Virus record (IMG/VR): IMGVR_UViG_3300020045_000926
Span: 1 to 46,305 of that record
Length of the DNA: 46,305 nt
From: a virus
Lineage: Duplodnaviria; Caudoviricetes
Reading direction: 5' to 3' (one strand)
Shown: positions 24,958 to 33,870 of the stretch, piece after piece
How positions within the stretch are numbered: the first letter of the stretch is position 1
Layout: the number at the start of each line of letters is the position of its first letter
Notes under the pieces: model-generated
Databases searched by the model: none
What the model was told of the DNA's origin: nothing
The model's input: only the letters and a program-made list of their open reading frames with translations
Made by a program: the position numbers and the translations under genes

Positions 24958-27270
24958 TTATAATTCCACGTCCTCTATGGAGTCATCAAGTGCCTGTTTA
25001 GCATCAAAGGGTATAAATCTTGAAGTAAACCCAATGTATCCATATTTACTAATGGCACCAGAGTCTGACCTATGAGTTGATGACTTCTTAAGGTGTGTTA
25101 ATAACTTCTTAATCTGTGGTGCATCTAGTGACTCACTCTCCATAGCCAAGTCATATAAACTAGTGATGTTCATATGTGAAGTTGCAGGAGTATTATAGAG
25201 TAAACATCTACCATCAGCCTGATTTATCTTAGCATCGAAGAGTTTTATAATGTTTGCGTTAGATACAAAGAACTCTTCCTGTAATACATTAACAAACTTA
25301 TCTATGTTAGCCTCTTCTGCAGCCTCAACTAATAGGTGTAGAGGGTCCATCGTCTGCCTCATAAACTCATAGTAGTCCTCATCTTTTTGTGAGTCATTAC
25401 TATTATATTCCCTTGGGTCTATCTCTTCAACTTGTGTAGCTAAGTAATGTGCAAAGTGTGGTAACTCTTCCTTCATTAGTGAAAACATCAAGGAGTCATT
25501 ATTATCTGAAACTTTAGCCATCTTATTAGGACACTTAATAAATACGAACCTTCTATCGTTCTTAGGCAAGTCAGTAATTACTTTAACATTTATATTAGTA
25601 TTTAATATAGGTGTTATGAAGTGCCTTAAGTTATCCTTACCTGAAACGTCTTTACCTTTATACGTAATACTAGCTGTGGGTGCACCTGTTAATTTCTTTA
25701 GTTCTGCAACTATTAGTGCAGCCTCTCTCTTTGAAAAACCCTCTCCTGCTTCATCTAAGTGTGCATAGTCTGTTGATGCCTTCCAAGCATTGAAGTTGTT
25801 CTGTAACTTATCTAAGTCAATATCCTGTATTCTCTCTAAGCCTGCAAAATATTTAAGGAGCATCGAAACAAATACACCCTTACCAGCCCCACCAACTCCT
25901 GCAAATACTAAGTATATAGGAGAGTACTCATAAGTTAGATGCTTATTCTTTATAAACTTTAACAACCAGTTTAATCTGTTCTTATTTGGTATTAAGTTGT
26001 TTAAGAATTTCATAATATTCTCTGGATATTTAGGGTTCGATACTAATATTGGGTCCCTAAGAATCATTGTTCCCATAGATGGTACGAAAGTATTAAAACA
26101 AGGCCTATAAGGTGCTTTGGACTCTATCAAATAACTGTTCTTAGTAGGGTCATTTATTATCTCAATATCTATCGCCTTTGCTATCATATCATTAACTGAT
26201 ATTTGACTCTTCTTTTTTGATATAAAAGAGTTCTTAGCATTCGATGTTGTTGAGTGAATATTAATATCTTTAGTAGTCCTATTAAATTCTAAGAATTTTG
26301 AGGAACTACTATCAAAGAAATACTCAACAGCACTAAGGAATTTATCCTTAACTATCAAACCTTTTTTGGCCCAGTCTTGGTCATACACCCAAGCCTTATT
26401 ACCATCTATTGTTGCCTTAGTTATCTGGTAATCACAATCGTTCTCAATCCTACTTGGTGGCATTGGACTATCCCACTGATTATTAACATAGTGCATAACA
26501 CTCTTAAATACTAGCTCATTTATAGATGGGTCAAGTGCCAACCTAGTTCTTATGGCTTGTAAATACTCTGTACCTTCTCCATCTGGTATATCATTTGGGT
26601 GCAGATAATTAGGTTTAAACTTCTTAGGAGTTAATAACTTAAATATATCTATATTATAAGGGTCGTTTGGTTGTACCTTCTCTAGCATATAACCTAGAGT
26701 AGACTCCTCATTAATGTTGAAGGCCTTAGGTGTATCATATATGATGTTTGAGTTCTGATATTTAAGTACTATGTTCTCAACATACAACTGCATAGCTATA
26801 GGCATATAAGAGAGTCCTTCGATACTAGATAGTGGCTCAGTTAATAGCGTCTTAGTTTTATTAGCTTTTGTAGCCAGATAAATTAGTGTATTACCAATCT
26901 GTAAGTCTAATATCCCTTTAACCTTCTTTGATGTTTTAAACATGCTATTAGTTGCCTCTAGTTCTGGTGACCATCTGTATAACATATGTCCTCCCTTCGA
27001 GTCTGATTTAGCAACATAAGTACATTCTGGGTCTATCATCAGAGCAGTATTAAAAGACTCATCAGTATCAAAGTCAAGTCCTATAAAGTCCTTAAGTGCT
27101 ATCGCAGCTAGCAGTGGACTATTCTCAGTATTACGATTACTAATAAATTCCATCCAACCGTTCTTAGGAAATATCTGCCCATACTTTTTACCATCAGTGC
27201 CTCTATACATCTCAGTACCACCTAATGGTACAGTGTGGAATATCTTAGTATAGTCTACATTATGTGGCAT
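24958..27270 (-). CDS. Primase-polymerase / SF3 helicase fusion
   Basis: N-terminal LDFD...GGH prim-pol motifs; C-terminal GVGGAGKG, LDE, NTN and DRRF. Confidence 0.85.
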   Translation of the reverse strand: MPHNVDYTKIFHTVPLGGTEMYRGTDGKKYGQIFPKNGWMEFISNRNTENSPLLAAIALKDFIGLDFDTDESFNTALMIDPECTYVAKSDSKGGHMLYRWSPELEATNSMFKTSKKVKGILDLQIGNTLIYLATKANKTKTLLTEPLSSIEGLSYMPIAMQLYVENIVLKYQNSNIIYDTPKAFNINEESTLGYMLEKVQPNDPYNIDIFKLLTPKKFKPNYLHPNDIPDGEGTEYLQAIRTRLALDPSINELVFKSVMHYVNNQWDSPMPPSRIENDCDYQITKATIDGNKAWVYDQDWAKKGLIVKDKFLSAVEYFFDSSSSKFLEFNRTTKDINIHSTTSNAKNSFISKKKSQISVNDMIAKAIDIEIINDPTKNSYLIESKAPYRPCFNTFVPSMGTMILRDPILVSNPKYPENIMKFLNNLIPNKNRLNWLLKFIKNKHLTYEYSPIYLVFAGVGGAGKGVFVSMLLKYFAGLERIQDIDLDKLQNNFNAWKASTDYAHLDEAGEGFSKREAALIVAELKKLTGAPTASITYKGKDVSGKDNLRHFITPILNTNINVKVITDLPKNDRRFVFIKCPNKMAKVSDNNDSLMFSLMKEELPHFAHYLATQVEEIDPREYNSNDSQKDEDYYEFMRQTMDPLHLLVEAAEEANIDKFVNVLQEEFFVSNANIIKLFDAKINQADGRCLLYNTPATSHMNITSLYDLAMESESLDAPQIKKLLTHLKKSSTHRSDSGAISKYGYIGFTSRFIPFDAKQALDDSIEDVEL

Positions 27271-27546
27271 CTATTCACTCCTAACTAATGTATATGTAGT
27301 GTTATCATACATTACTATGAATTCTTTTAAGTCACATTTATACTTAAGATTATCCAGTGATTTAAAGAACTTTATCATTAGTGATGTAGATGGTTCATTC
27401 ATACCTAATAATACAGCCAATTTCTTTTGAGTTGTTGACTCTAGTTCCCTTAGTATATCATCCTTTAAGAATAATAAAACATCATTATAGTTGTGTATTA
27501 ACACACCCATCTCTCGTAGTTTTATAAACTCTTTCAGTACACTCAT
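27271..27546 (-). CDS. Small HTH-like protein
   Basis: TQKKLAVLLGMNEPSTS XRE-like pattern; AAGGAG RBS. Confidence 0.55.
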   Translation of the reverse strand: MSVLKEFIKLREMGVLIHNYNDVLLFLKDDILRELESTTQKKLAVLLGMNEPSTSLMIKFFKSLDNLKYKCDLKEFIVMYDNTTYTLVRSE

Positions 27547-27571
27547 TATTTACTCCTTGTTTTGATTTATC

Positions 27572-27626
27572 TATCATTTTATTAAAGATGATATTATAAT
27601 ATTATAATTATTAATTATAGATTAAA
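27572..27626 (-). promoter_or_regulatory. Promoter of the repeated family with an abutting palindrome (possible operator)
   Basis: TTTAA-N7-TTAA-N12-TATAAT at 27591-27626; palindrome 27572-27593 matches 8005-8026 at 20 of 22 positions. Confidence 0.55.
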
Positions 27627-27881
27627 TTTAAGATTATTTTATTGATATTATATAGATATAAAATCATTCTATTATAAGAGATAGAATAATTAATCAATAG
27701 ATATATAATGATATAATGAAATGATTATTAAGATATAAGAAGATATTATTTAAGGTTTAATAGATTTATAATAAGTACTAAGGCTTTATATGTAGATAGA
27801 TAAAGTCCTAAGAATTATATTAAGTCCTTAGGATGTAGATATATGTAGATTATATAAGATATTAATACTAATAATAAAAGC

Positions 27882-28049
27882 TTAAATTCCATCAGGTGCC
27901 TTAGGAACTTTATAGATTTTAATTAAAGTATTATTCTTTAGTGAAGTTTTGATATACTCCTCTATATTTGTAATTGGTTCTAGTATATGAGTCATATATA
28001 CATTATATTGTTCATTATAATAGATTATATCTTCTTGTAATTTAGCCAT
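27882..28049 (-). CDS. Hypothetical 55-aa protein (MAKLQEDIIYYNEQ...), not in ORF track
   Basis: AAGGAG RBS; start overlaps the upstream stop. Confidence 0.55.
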   Translation of the reverse strand: MAKLQEDIIYYNEQYNVYMTHILEPITNIEEYIKTSLKNNTLIKIYKVPKAPDGI

Positions 28050-28692
28050 TTGTTATCTCCTTTAAAGATTGTACATAATTTATAGCTGCAATATACTCCT
28101 TTTGTTGCAGTGTATTACCTTTATCCTTTAAATGTACTGATAGTTCTTTTGTAGTTCCTACAAAACACCCAATTACCCATATATCTTCTATAAATATATA
28201 AGTATAATATCTATTACTAGTATGTACATTTTTAAGTACTATATAGTCACTAGATTTTTGTATACTTCCTTTAGGAACCCTAGCATTATAGGAAACCCGA
28301 GCATTACCAGAAACCTCAGCATCACCAGAAACCTCAGCATCACCAGAAACCTCAGCATTACCATAAACCTTAGCATTATCGGAAACCCGAGCATTACCAT
28401 AAACCTTAGCATTACCGGAAACCCAAGCATCACCAGAAACCTCAGCATTACCATAAACCTTAGCATTACCATAAACCTTAGCATTACCATAAACCTTAGC
28501 ATTACCGGAAACCCAAGCATCACCAGAAACCTCAGCATTACCATAAACCCAAGCATTACCATACTGTGACAGGTTATCCTCTTTCTCTATATACCCACCT
28601 AATTCTCCTTTACTAATATTACCAAAAGATTTTAGTGCTCTTATTTGGTATAGATTAGTATCCTTATTATAATTAAGTAATTCATATTTCAT
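28042..28692 (-). CDS. Hexapeptide-repeat beta-helix protein (start re-called at 28692)
   Basis: GGAGGA RBS; LY.IRA...FG....GELGG.IE N-domain followed by 16 (Y/S)(G/D/Y)(N/D)A.V repeats. Confidence 0.8.
   Translation of the reverse strand: MKYELLNYNKDTNLYQIRALKSFGNISKGELGGYIEKEDNLSQYGNAWVYGNAEVSGDAWVSGNAKVYGNAKVYGNAKVYGNAEVSGDAWVSGNAKVYGNARVSDNAKVYGNAEVSGDAEVSGDAEVSGNARVSYNARVPKGSIQKSSDYIVLKNVHTSNRYYTYIFIEDIWVIGCFVGTTKELSVHLKDKGNTLQQKEYIAAINYVQSLKEITNG
28276..28563. repeat. 16 x 18-bp coding tandem repeat
   Basis: Units such as AACCTTAGCATTACCATA and AACCTCAGCATCACCAGA. Confidence 0.95.
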
Positions 28693-29023
28693 TTGTAGTA
28701 TCCTCCGAGTCTTGAATAGATAAGTTATTAGAATCCATCGAGTTATTAGACTCCATAGAATCCTTCGGACTATCTGCAAATAATATAAAGTCATCATCAT
28801 TAAAACAAGTTATTAGATTTATCTTATTATATAGTGCTATAATATCCTTTATCTCTAGTGATATGTTATATCTCTTTCTGTTGATTACTCTATACGAAAC
28901 TAAATAATTACTATCTTGTGAATATAGTGGACTAATACTAAATATAGTATTTTGAGTGAATCCGTTAGTTTCTATGTTAAATTGTTCATAGTCCTTAGGG
29001 TTAGAAGTTAGTGTTATTATCAT
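28682..29023 (-). CDS. Hypothetical protein with acidic tail
   Basis: AAGGA RBS; overlaps the next gene's start. Confidence 0.6.
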   Translation of the reverse strand: MIITLTSNPKDYEQFNIETNGFTQNTIFSISPLYSQDSNYLVSYRVINRKRYNISLEIKDIIALYNKINLITCFNDDDFILFADSPKDSMESNNSMDSNNLSIQDSEDTTNEI

Positions 29024-29079
29024 TTTATTATCCTTAGAGTTATTTAGAGTCCTTAGTTATTTTAAGGACTCCGTTGAGA

Positions 29080-29652
29080 TTATTTAGACTTTTTATCTTT
29101 CTTAGTATCTTTAGTTTCTACTGATTCTTTAGTTTCAATAACTTCCACAGTATCTTTAGTACTAAATATAGAGTCGAATATCTCTAGTGAATATGGTGAG
29201 CTTCTAAGTTCTTTAAGTGATGTTATCTCAAGGTTTATAGCTTCTATCGCTTCTTTCGCCTCTTCCACTGTTTTCACTCCATCCATCACCGCATTTTTCT
29301 CCAATAATACATCAGACTCTAAGTCCTTAATTTTTTTATCATAGTGAAGCCATAATTTAATACCTTTTTTAGACTCTTTCGAATATCCATAAGTAGTCTT
29401 AGTAGATTTACTAAACTCAGTCACTGGGAAATATGTGTCGAATCTTATACAATATACTGATGTTATATCATCAATAGAGTGTACACTAGAATCATATGCT
29501 ACAGTCCCAACTAATGGTAAGTTAGCCGATACTCTTTGAGGAGTTTTAGGAGCTGATAATCCCAATAATTCCATTGCTAGTGTTGAAGATAGCTCAATTC
29601 CATTTTTAGTAAGAATTGAAGTGATTTGTGATGTTAATGCTGTTTTTGTCAT
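29080..29652 (-). CDS. First early gene, hypothetical; paralog of 20163..20609
   Basis: Behind two tandem promoters; AAGG RBS; shared motifs. Confidence 0.75.
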   Translation of the reverse strand: MTKTALTSQITSILTKNGIELSSTLAMELLGLSAPKTPQRVSANLPLVGTVAYDSSVHSIDDITSVYCIRFDTYFPVTEFSKSTKTTYGYSKESKKGIKLWLHYDKKIKDLESDVLLEKNAVMDGVKTVEEAKEAIEAINLEITSLKELRSSPYSLEIFDSIFSTKDTVEVIETKESVETKDTKKDKKSK

Positions 29653-29728
29653 TGTTTTGCCTTTAATTAATTGGTATGTTAAATAAAACTTCTAAAGAGT
29701 TTTAAAATCTATCTTTTGTCTTTCTAAT

Positions 29729-29764
29729 GAATTATACAACTAGTTTTCTTAAAATTTAATTAAA
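29729..29764 (-). promoter_or_regulatory. Early promoter (repeated family)
   Basis: Minus strand TTTAATTAAATTTTAAGAAAACTAGTTGTATAATTC. Confidence 0.75.
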
Positions 29765-29829
29765 TTTTAGAAGTTATAAGATTTATTAGAATTTAAAAGA
29801 ACTTTATCGAACTAATTCGATATATGAGG

Positions 29830-29865
29830 AAATTATACCATACTAATTCTTAAAATTTAATTAAA
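29830..29865 (-). promoter_or_regulatory. Early promoter (repeated family), with extended -10 TG
   Basis: Minus strand TTTAATTAAATTTTAAGAATTAGTATGGTATAATTT. Confidence 0.75.
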
Positions 29866-30037
29866 TTAAAATTATTATGAATTAAATTAAATTTCTATAA
29901 TTTTCTTACTAATTAAGATGATTTTAAGAATTTTTATGATATACGCGTGCGCGCGTGTATATTAATGATAAATCTTTAAGAAATTTTTAAGAATGGAGTT
30001 TTGGGATTATTTGTAAGAATTTATAGATTCTGTTAGA

Positions 30038-30371
30038 ATTTATGTGGAATTTTTCGGACTTGTGTATTTATAAGAAGGTTTTAAGAAATATTGGGATATG
30101 TGTAAGATTCTTTCAGACTTTATTAAATTCTTTCGGACTTTTAAAGAACAATTTAGATAATTATAATTATTCTAAATATTCAAGATATTCTAAATATTCT
30201 ATATATTCTAAATATTCTTGATTCTACAAATTTTCATTCCTAGAATATATATGATATATTTTTTTTTATTGGAGAATATAGAATAATTAGAATATATAGA
30301 ATATATAGAATATATAGAATATATAGAATAATTATAATTATCTTATTTAGTTCGAAAAATTCCACATAAAT
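30038..30371. repeat. Nested inverted repeats around TATTCTA/TAGAATA micro-repeats
   Basis: 30038-60 vs 30349-71 (22/23); 30155-74 vs 30324-43 (20/20). Confidence 0.85.
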
Positions 30372-30376
30372 ATCAT

Positions 30377-30523
30377 AAATACTTTAAAGTCTTCTTAATT
30401 AGTGAAGAGCCCAAAGAACTACCACAAAATACTTTAAAGTCTTCTTAATTAGTGAATTTCAACATAATTAGTGAAGAGCCCAAAGAACTACCACAAAATA
30501 CTTTAAAGTCTTCTTAATTAGTG
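30377..30523. repeat. Three copies of a 28-bp direct repeat (within a 59-bp duplication)
   Basis: AAATACTTTAAAGTCTTCTTAATTAGTG at 30377, 30427 and 30496. Confidence 0.9.
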
Positions 30524-30537
30524 TGGCCTATTGGAAT

Positions 30538-30566
30538 TTTATAGTAGTTCTTCGGACTACTATAAA
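30538..30566. other. Hairpin with cTTCGg loop
   Basis: TTTATAGTAGT-TCTTCGG-ACTACTATAAA. Confidence 0.55.
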
Positions 30567-30702
30567 GTTTCTTAAAGTCTTCTTAGGTTACTTGGGTATA
30601 TTAGTTATCCTTTAGTGTTTAGTAAATTCCTATTAGTTCCTATTAGTTCTAGGGACCCTCCTAGTGTCAATGTTGCTTTCACCCTTCAACTCTGAATGGC
30701 TC

Positions 30703-30912
30703 CTCGGAATACCTGGAATTTTAAGTATACCTTTTAATTTAATTAAATTATAAAGTACCAAAGAACTTTATAGAAATACTCGGAATACCTGGAATTTTAA
30801 GTATACCTTTTAATTTAATTAAATTATAAAGTACCAAAGAACTTTATAGAAATCCCAGTAACCTATACGGAATTTTAAATATACCTTTGAATTTAATCAC
30901 ATTCTAAAGTAC
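30703..30912. repeat. Tandem duplication with 76-bp period plus a degenerate third copy
   Basis: 30703-30777 equals 30779-30853; partial copy at 30869-30912. Confidence 0.92.
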
Positions 30913-30968
30913 ACCACCTCAACAATCTAACAAACTACACTAATTACTCACTATGGACTGAAATTATA

Positions 30969-31058
30969 AATATTCCCATTATTCTTAATATTCCCATTAT
31001 TCTAAATATTCCCATTATTCTAAATATTCCCATTATTCTAAATATTCCCATTATTCTT
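30969..31058. repeat. 5 x 18-bp iteron-like tandem array
   Basis: AATATTCCCATTATTCT(T/A) x5, head to tail. Confidence 0.95.
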
Positions 31059-31070
31059 AAAATTACTACT

Positions 31071-31103
31071 TTCAACTTAGTTTAAGAAATCTTTAGATAA
31101 TAT
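31071..31103 (+). promoter_or_regulatory. Probable promoter of the packaging genes
   Basis: TTAA-N12-TAATAT, a degenerate member of the promoter family. Confidence 0.45.
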
Positions 31104-31130
31104 ATCAAATATTATAACAAAGGATATCGG

Positions 31131-31604
31131 ATGTCTAAAGAACTTCCAAAAATATTACTTCAATCTTTAAAGATGGAATATGAGCAAACTCCCATATCTA
31201 TGGAGGACTTATGCTCTAAACACAAACTTAGTATGAGCCAACTCCCTAGTGACTGGACGAAGGAGTACGAAGCCACTCCCAACATATCTATAGTACTTCC
31301 AAGCGACTCTAAAGGTCAACTTCCCATTAGTCAGGAGGATGAGGAGCCTGATGAGTCCGAAGAAATTAAGAGCTCACTTAATAAAACTGCTAAGGCACTA
31401 ATTAAAGAGGTACAGAGCATGATAAGTACTAACCCGGACTTAACACCCCGTGACTTAAAAGATATAGCAACAACACTGATAGCCATAAAGGACTCAGTAC
31501 TTGGAAAGGACCCAACAGTTAAAATAGACGTGACTAACAACACTCAGGTTAATTTACTTACTAATATAGTTAGTCAGATAAAAGGGGCTACTCGTGACTG
31601 TTAA
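31131..31604 (+). CDS. terS: Putative terminase small subunit
   Basis: N-terminal HTH-like region and helical core; overlaps the TerL start. Confidence 0.65.
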   Translation: MSKELPKILLQSLKMEYEQTPISMEDLCSKHKLSMSQLPSDWTKEYEATPNISIVLPSDSKGQLPISQEDEEPDESEEIKSSLNKTAKALIKEVQSMISTNPDLTPRDLKDIATTLIAIKDSVLGKDPTVKIDVTNNTQVNLLTNIVSQIKGATRDC

Positions 31605-33153
31605 TCCTAGTAAAGCACTTAAGGAGATGTCGGAGTCTGATATAGCAGAACTAGTTAGTAACTTGTCCTCTAAACTCTGGCGCCTAAATAACCTGTATTA
31701 TATAAAAGATAAGAACTCAAACATCGGACCGATGCGTCTTAACGCCTCTCAGGAGAAAGTATTAGTTAAGTATAAACACAAACGTAAAATAATACTTAAG
31801 TCTAGGCAGCAGGGTATATCGACTCTATATCTAGCATATAACCTAGATAGTTGTATATTCGAGGATGGTACTGAGGCTGGTATTCAGTCGTACGGGCAGA
31901 ACGAGGCTGAGAAACTGAGTATGAGGGCTGAGCTGATGTGGGATATGTTTCCACAGAGTATCAAGGAGCTACTAGGTATCTCAGTAGATAGTAATAATAA
32001 GTCTGGTATGTATTTTAGTAATAAGTCGATACTTAAAATAGGTAACTTCAGAGGGGATACACTCCAGTCACTACACGTATCTGAACTAGGTAAAATAGCT
32101 AAGAAGTATCCAGAGAAGGCCAAGGAGCTTAAAACTGGAGCATTCCAGGCTGTATCAGTGAACAACAGGATAACGATAGAGTCAACAGCTGAGGGAAAAT
32201 CTGGGTTGTTCTACGACATGTGGGTAAAAGCTGAGCGTAAACAGATGCTTAATATGGAGCTAACGGACTTGGACTTCCAAGCCATATTCTTACCTTGGTA
32301 TGATGACCCAGACTGTCAACTGTTTCAGAAGGTGGATATAACTAACAAAGTTATGGACTACTTAGAGAAACTACAGGAAAAATTAGGTATTAAATTAACT
32401 GACTATCAGCTATGGTGGTATCAAGCCAAGTATGAGGAACTAGGTGATGATATAACTCAGGAGTACCCATCAACTTCAACAGAAGCGTTTAATCAGTCTG
32501 TGGAGGGAATGTACTACAAAGAGGAGTATAAAACACTAAGAATTAGGAAGGATTTATATGACCCTAACTTATTAGTTCATATGGCTATGGACTTAGGTAT
32601 GTCAGATGACTTTATTATAGGGTTTTTCCAAGTTTATGAAGTAGAAATAAATGGTAAGACTTACAAAAAACCACGTATTATAGGAGAGTATAGAAACTCT
32701 GGGTATGGACTGGAGCATTATAGGCAGGTTGTTGCTAAATTAGGTTCTATAATGGGCTATAAATATGGTATTACATATGTACCTCATGATATTAAGCAAC
32801 GAGAGCTTATAGCTGGTAAAACTCGATGGGATGCACTCTCTAGTATGGGGTTCAGTCCTAGACTAGTTAAAAAACATGCAGTAGCAGATGGAATAGAGTG
32901 TGTTAGGGAGTTCCTTAAAGAGGTAGAGGTTGAGGAAGACTGTGAGATAATACTAAATTCAGTACAAAATTACCGTAAAAAGCGAGATGATAAATTAGGT
33001 GTGTTCTTAGACTCCCCTGTACACGATGAATTCTCTCACCCAGCTGATATGGTACGATATATGGCGATGGGTCTTAAGTATTGTCCTCCTACTGAGCTGT
33101 ATGTACTAAGAAAAAGAAAAATGAATTATAATATTTCAGGTTATGATATTTAA
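31594..33153 (+). CDS. terL: Terminase large subunit
   Basis: LKSRQQGIST Walker A, LHVSE Walker B, IESTAEG, MDLG nuclease and H.SH.AD..RY motifs. Confidence 0.93.
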   Translation: MTVNPSKALKEMSESDIAELVSNLSSKLWRLNNLYYIKDKNSNIGPMRLNASQEKVLVKYKHKRKIILKSRQQGISTLYLAYNLDSCIFEDGTEAGIQSYGQNEAEKLSMRAELMWDMFPQSIKELLGISVDSNNKSGMYFSNKSILKIGNFRGDTLQSLHVSELGKIAKKYPEKAKELKTGAFQAVSVNNRITIESTAEGKSGLFYDMWVKAERKQMLNMELTDLDFQAIFLPWYDDPDCQLFQKVDITNKVMDYLEKLQEKLGIKLTDYQLWWYQAKYEELGDDITQEYPSTSTEAFNQSVEGMYYKEEYKTLRIRKDLYDPNLLVHMAMDLGMSDDFIIGFFQVYEVEINGKTYKKPRIIGEYRNSGYGLEHYRQVVAKLGSIMGYKYGITYVPHDIKQRELIAGKTRWDALSSMGFSPRLVKKHAVADGIECVREFLKEVEVEEDCEIILNSVQNYRKKRDDKLGVFLDSPVHDEFSHPADMVRYMAMGLKYCPPTELYVLRKRKMNYNISGYDI

Positions 33154-33182
33154 GATAGTTTTAAGAATTAAAATGATAAGAT
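33149..33182 (+). promoter_or_regulatory. Promoter of the capsid genes
   Basis: TTTAA-N7-TTAA-N12-TAAGAT. Confidence 0.6.
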
Positions 33183-33216
33183 TTTGATGTTTTAAAAATT
33201 AAATAAAAGGAAAGAT

Positions 33217-33858
33217 ATGAGTACTCCAGTTAACTCAAATACTGACACTCAAAACCCTAACGGTTCTGAGCAACAACAAACAGTTGATTATGAAAAAAGG
33301 TTTAAAGATACGCAAGCAGCGTATACTAAAACTCAACAAATGTTACATGCAGCAAAAGCAAAAATAGAGGTGTTGGAATCTCTAGCAAAACCAGTTATAC
33401 AACTGGATGAGGTTGCTCAAAAAGAACTAGATGACCTTAAATTTTCTAACCCGGACGCTTGGAGAGTTAAAATGAATTCGTTAGAGGCTGAGGCTACTAA
33501 CAAACATAGAACTAAACTAGATGAAGTAGAGACTGCTGCATCTATCCAAGCTGAATTAGGTAGAAGAGCTCAGTTACTTGAAGAATTCAATAGGAGCCAT
33601 CCAAGTATTCAGCTTACTGATGACGTCATCAACTATGATGTTCCTCCTAGGATTACTAAGAAACTAGAGAAAGGAGAAATAACTTTCGAAGACTTCCTAA
33701 CAGAAGTACAAGATTTTTTAACTTCTCCTAAAAAAGTTGGTTCTGCTAATACAGCATTAGGACAACCTAACTTAGGTAAAATAGGTGGAGGAGAAACTCC
33801 TTCAGATGGTGCTGTAGTTAAAGATATTGCAGCTAATTATAAAAATATTGTATTTTAA
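33217..33858 (+). CDS. Capsid scaffolding protein
   Basis: DYEKRFKDTQ..YT coiled coil; immediately upstream of the capsid gene. Confidence 0.7.
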   Translation: MSTPVNSNTDTQNPNGSEQQQTVDYEKRFKDTQAAYTKTQQMLHAAKAKIEVLESLAKPVIQLDEVAQKELDDLKFSNPDAWRVKMNSLEAEATNKHRTKLDEVETAASIQAELGRRAQLLEEFNRSHPSIQLTDDVINYDVPPRITKKLEKGEITFEDFLTEVQDFLTSPKKVGSANTALGQPNLGKIGGGETPSDGAVVKDIAANYKNIVF

Positions 33859-33870
33859 TAAAGGATAAAC

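Larger units (their letters stand above)
29653..31130. other. Non-coding control region between the divergent arms (candidate termini/pac site/origin)
   Basis: No ORF of 60 aa or more; several independent repeat families; directly upstream of TerS. Confidence 0.65.

Noticed and set aside
27627-27881. AT-rich gap as replication origin
   Set aside because: Next to the primase operon promoter but no clear iterons or ORF; not supportable from sequence alone
28222-28569. Alternative-frame ORFs 28222..28569 (+) and 28239..28562 (-)
   Set aside because: By-products of the 18-bp coding repeat; no RBS
30377-30523. CRISPR-like array of 28-bp repeats
   Set aside because: The intervening sequences are copies of each other and unequal in length (22 and 41 nt); no cas genes; better explained as tandem duplication
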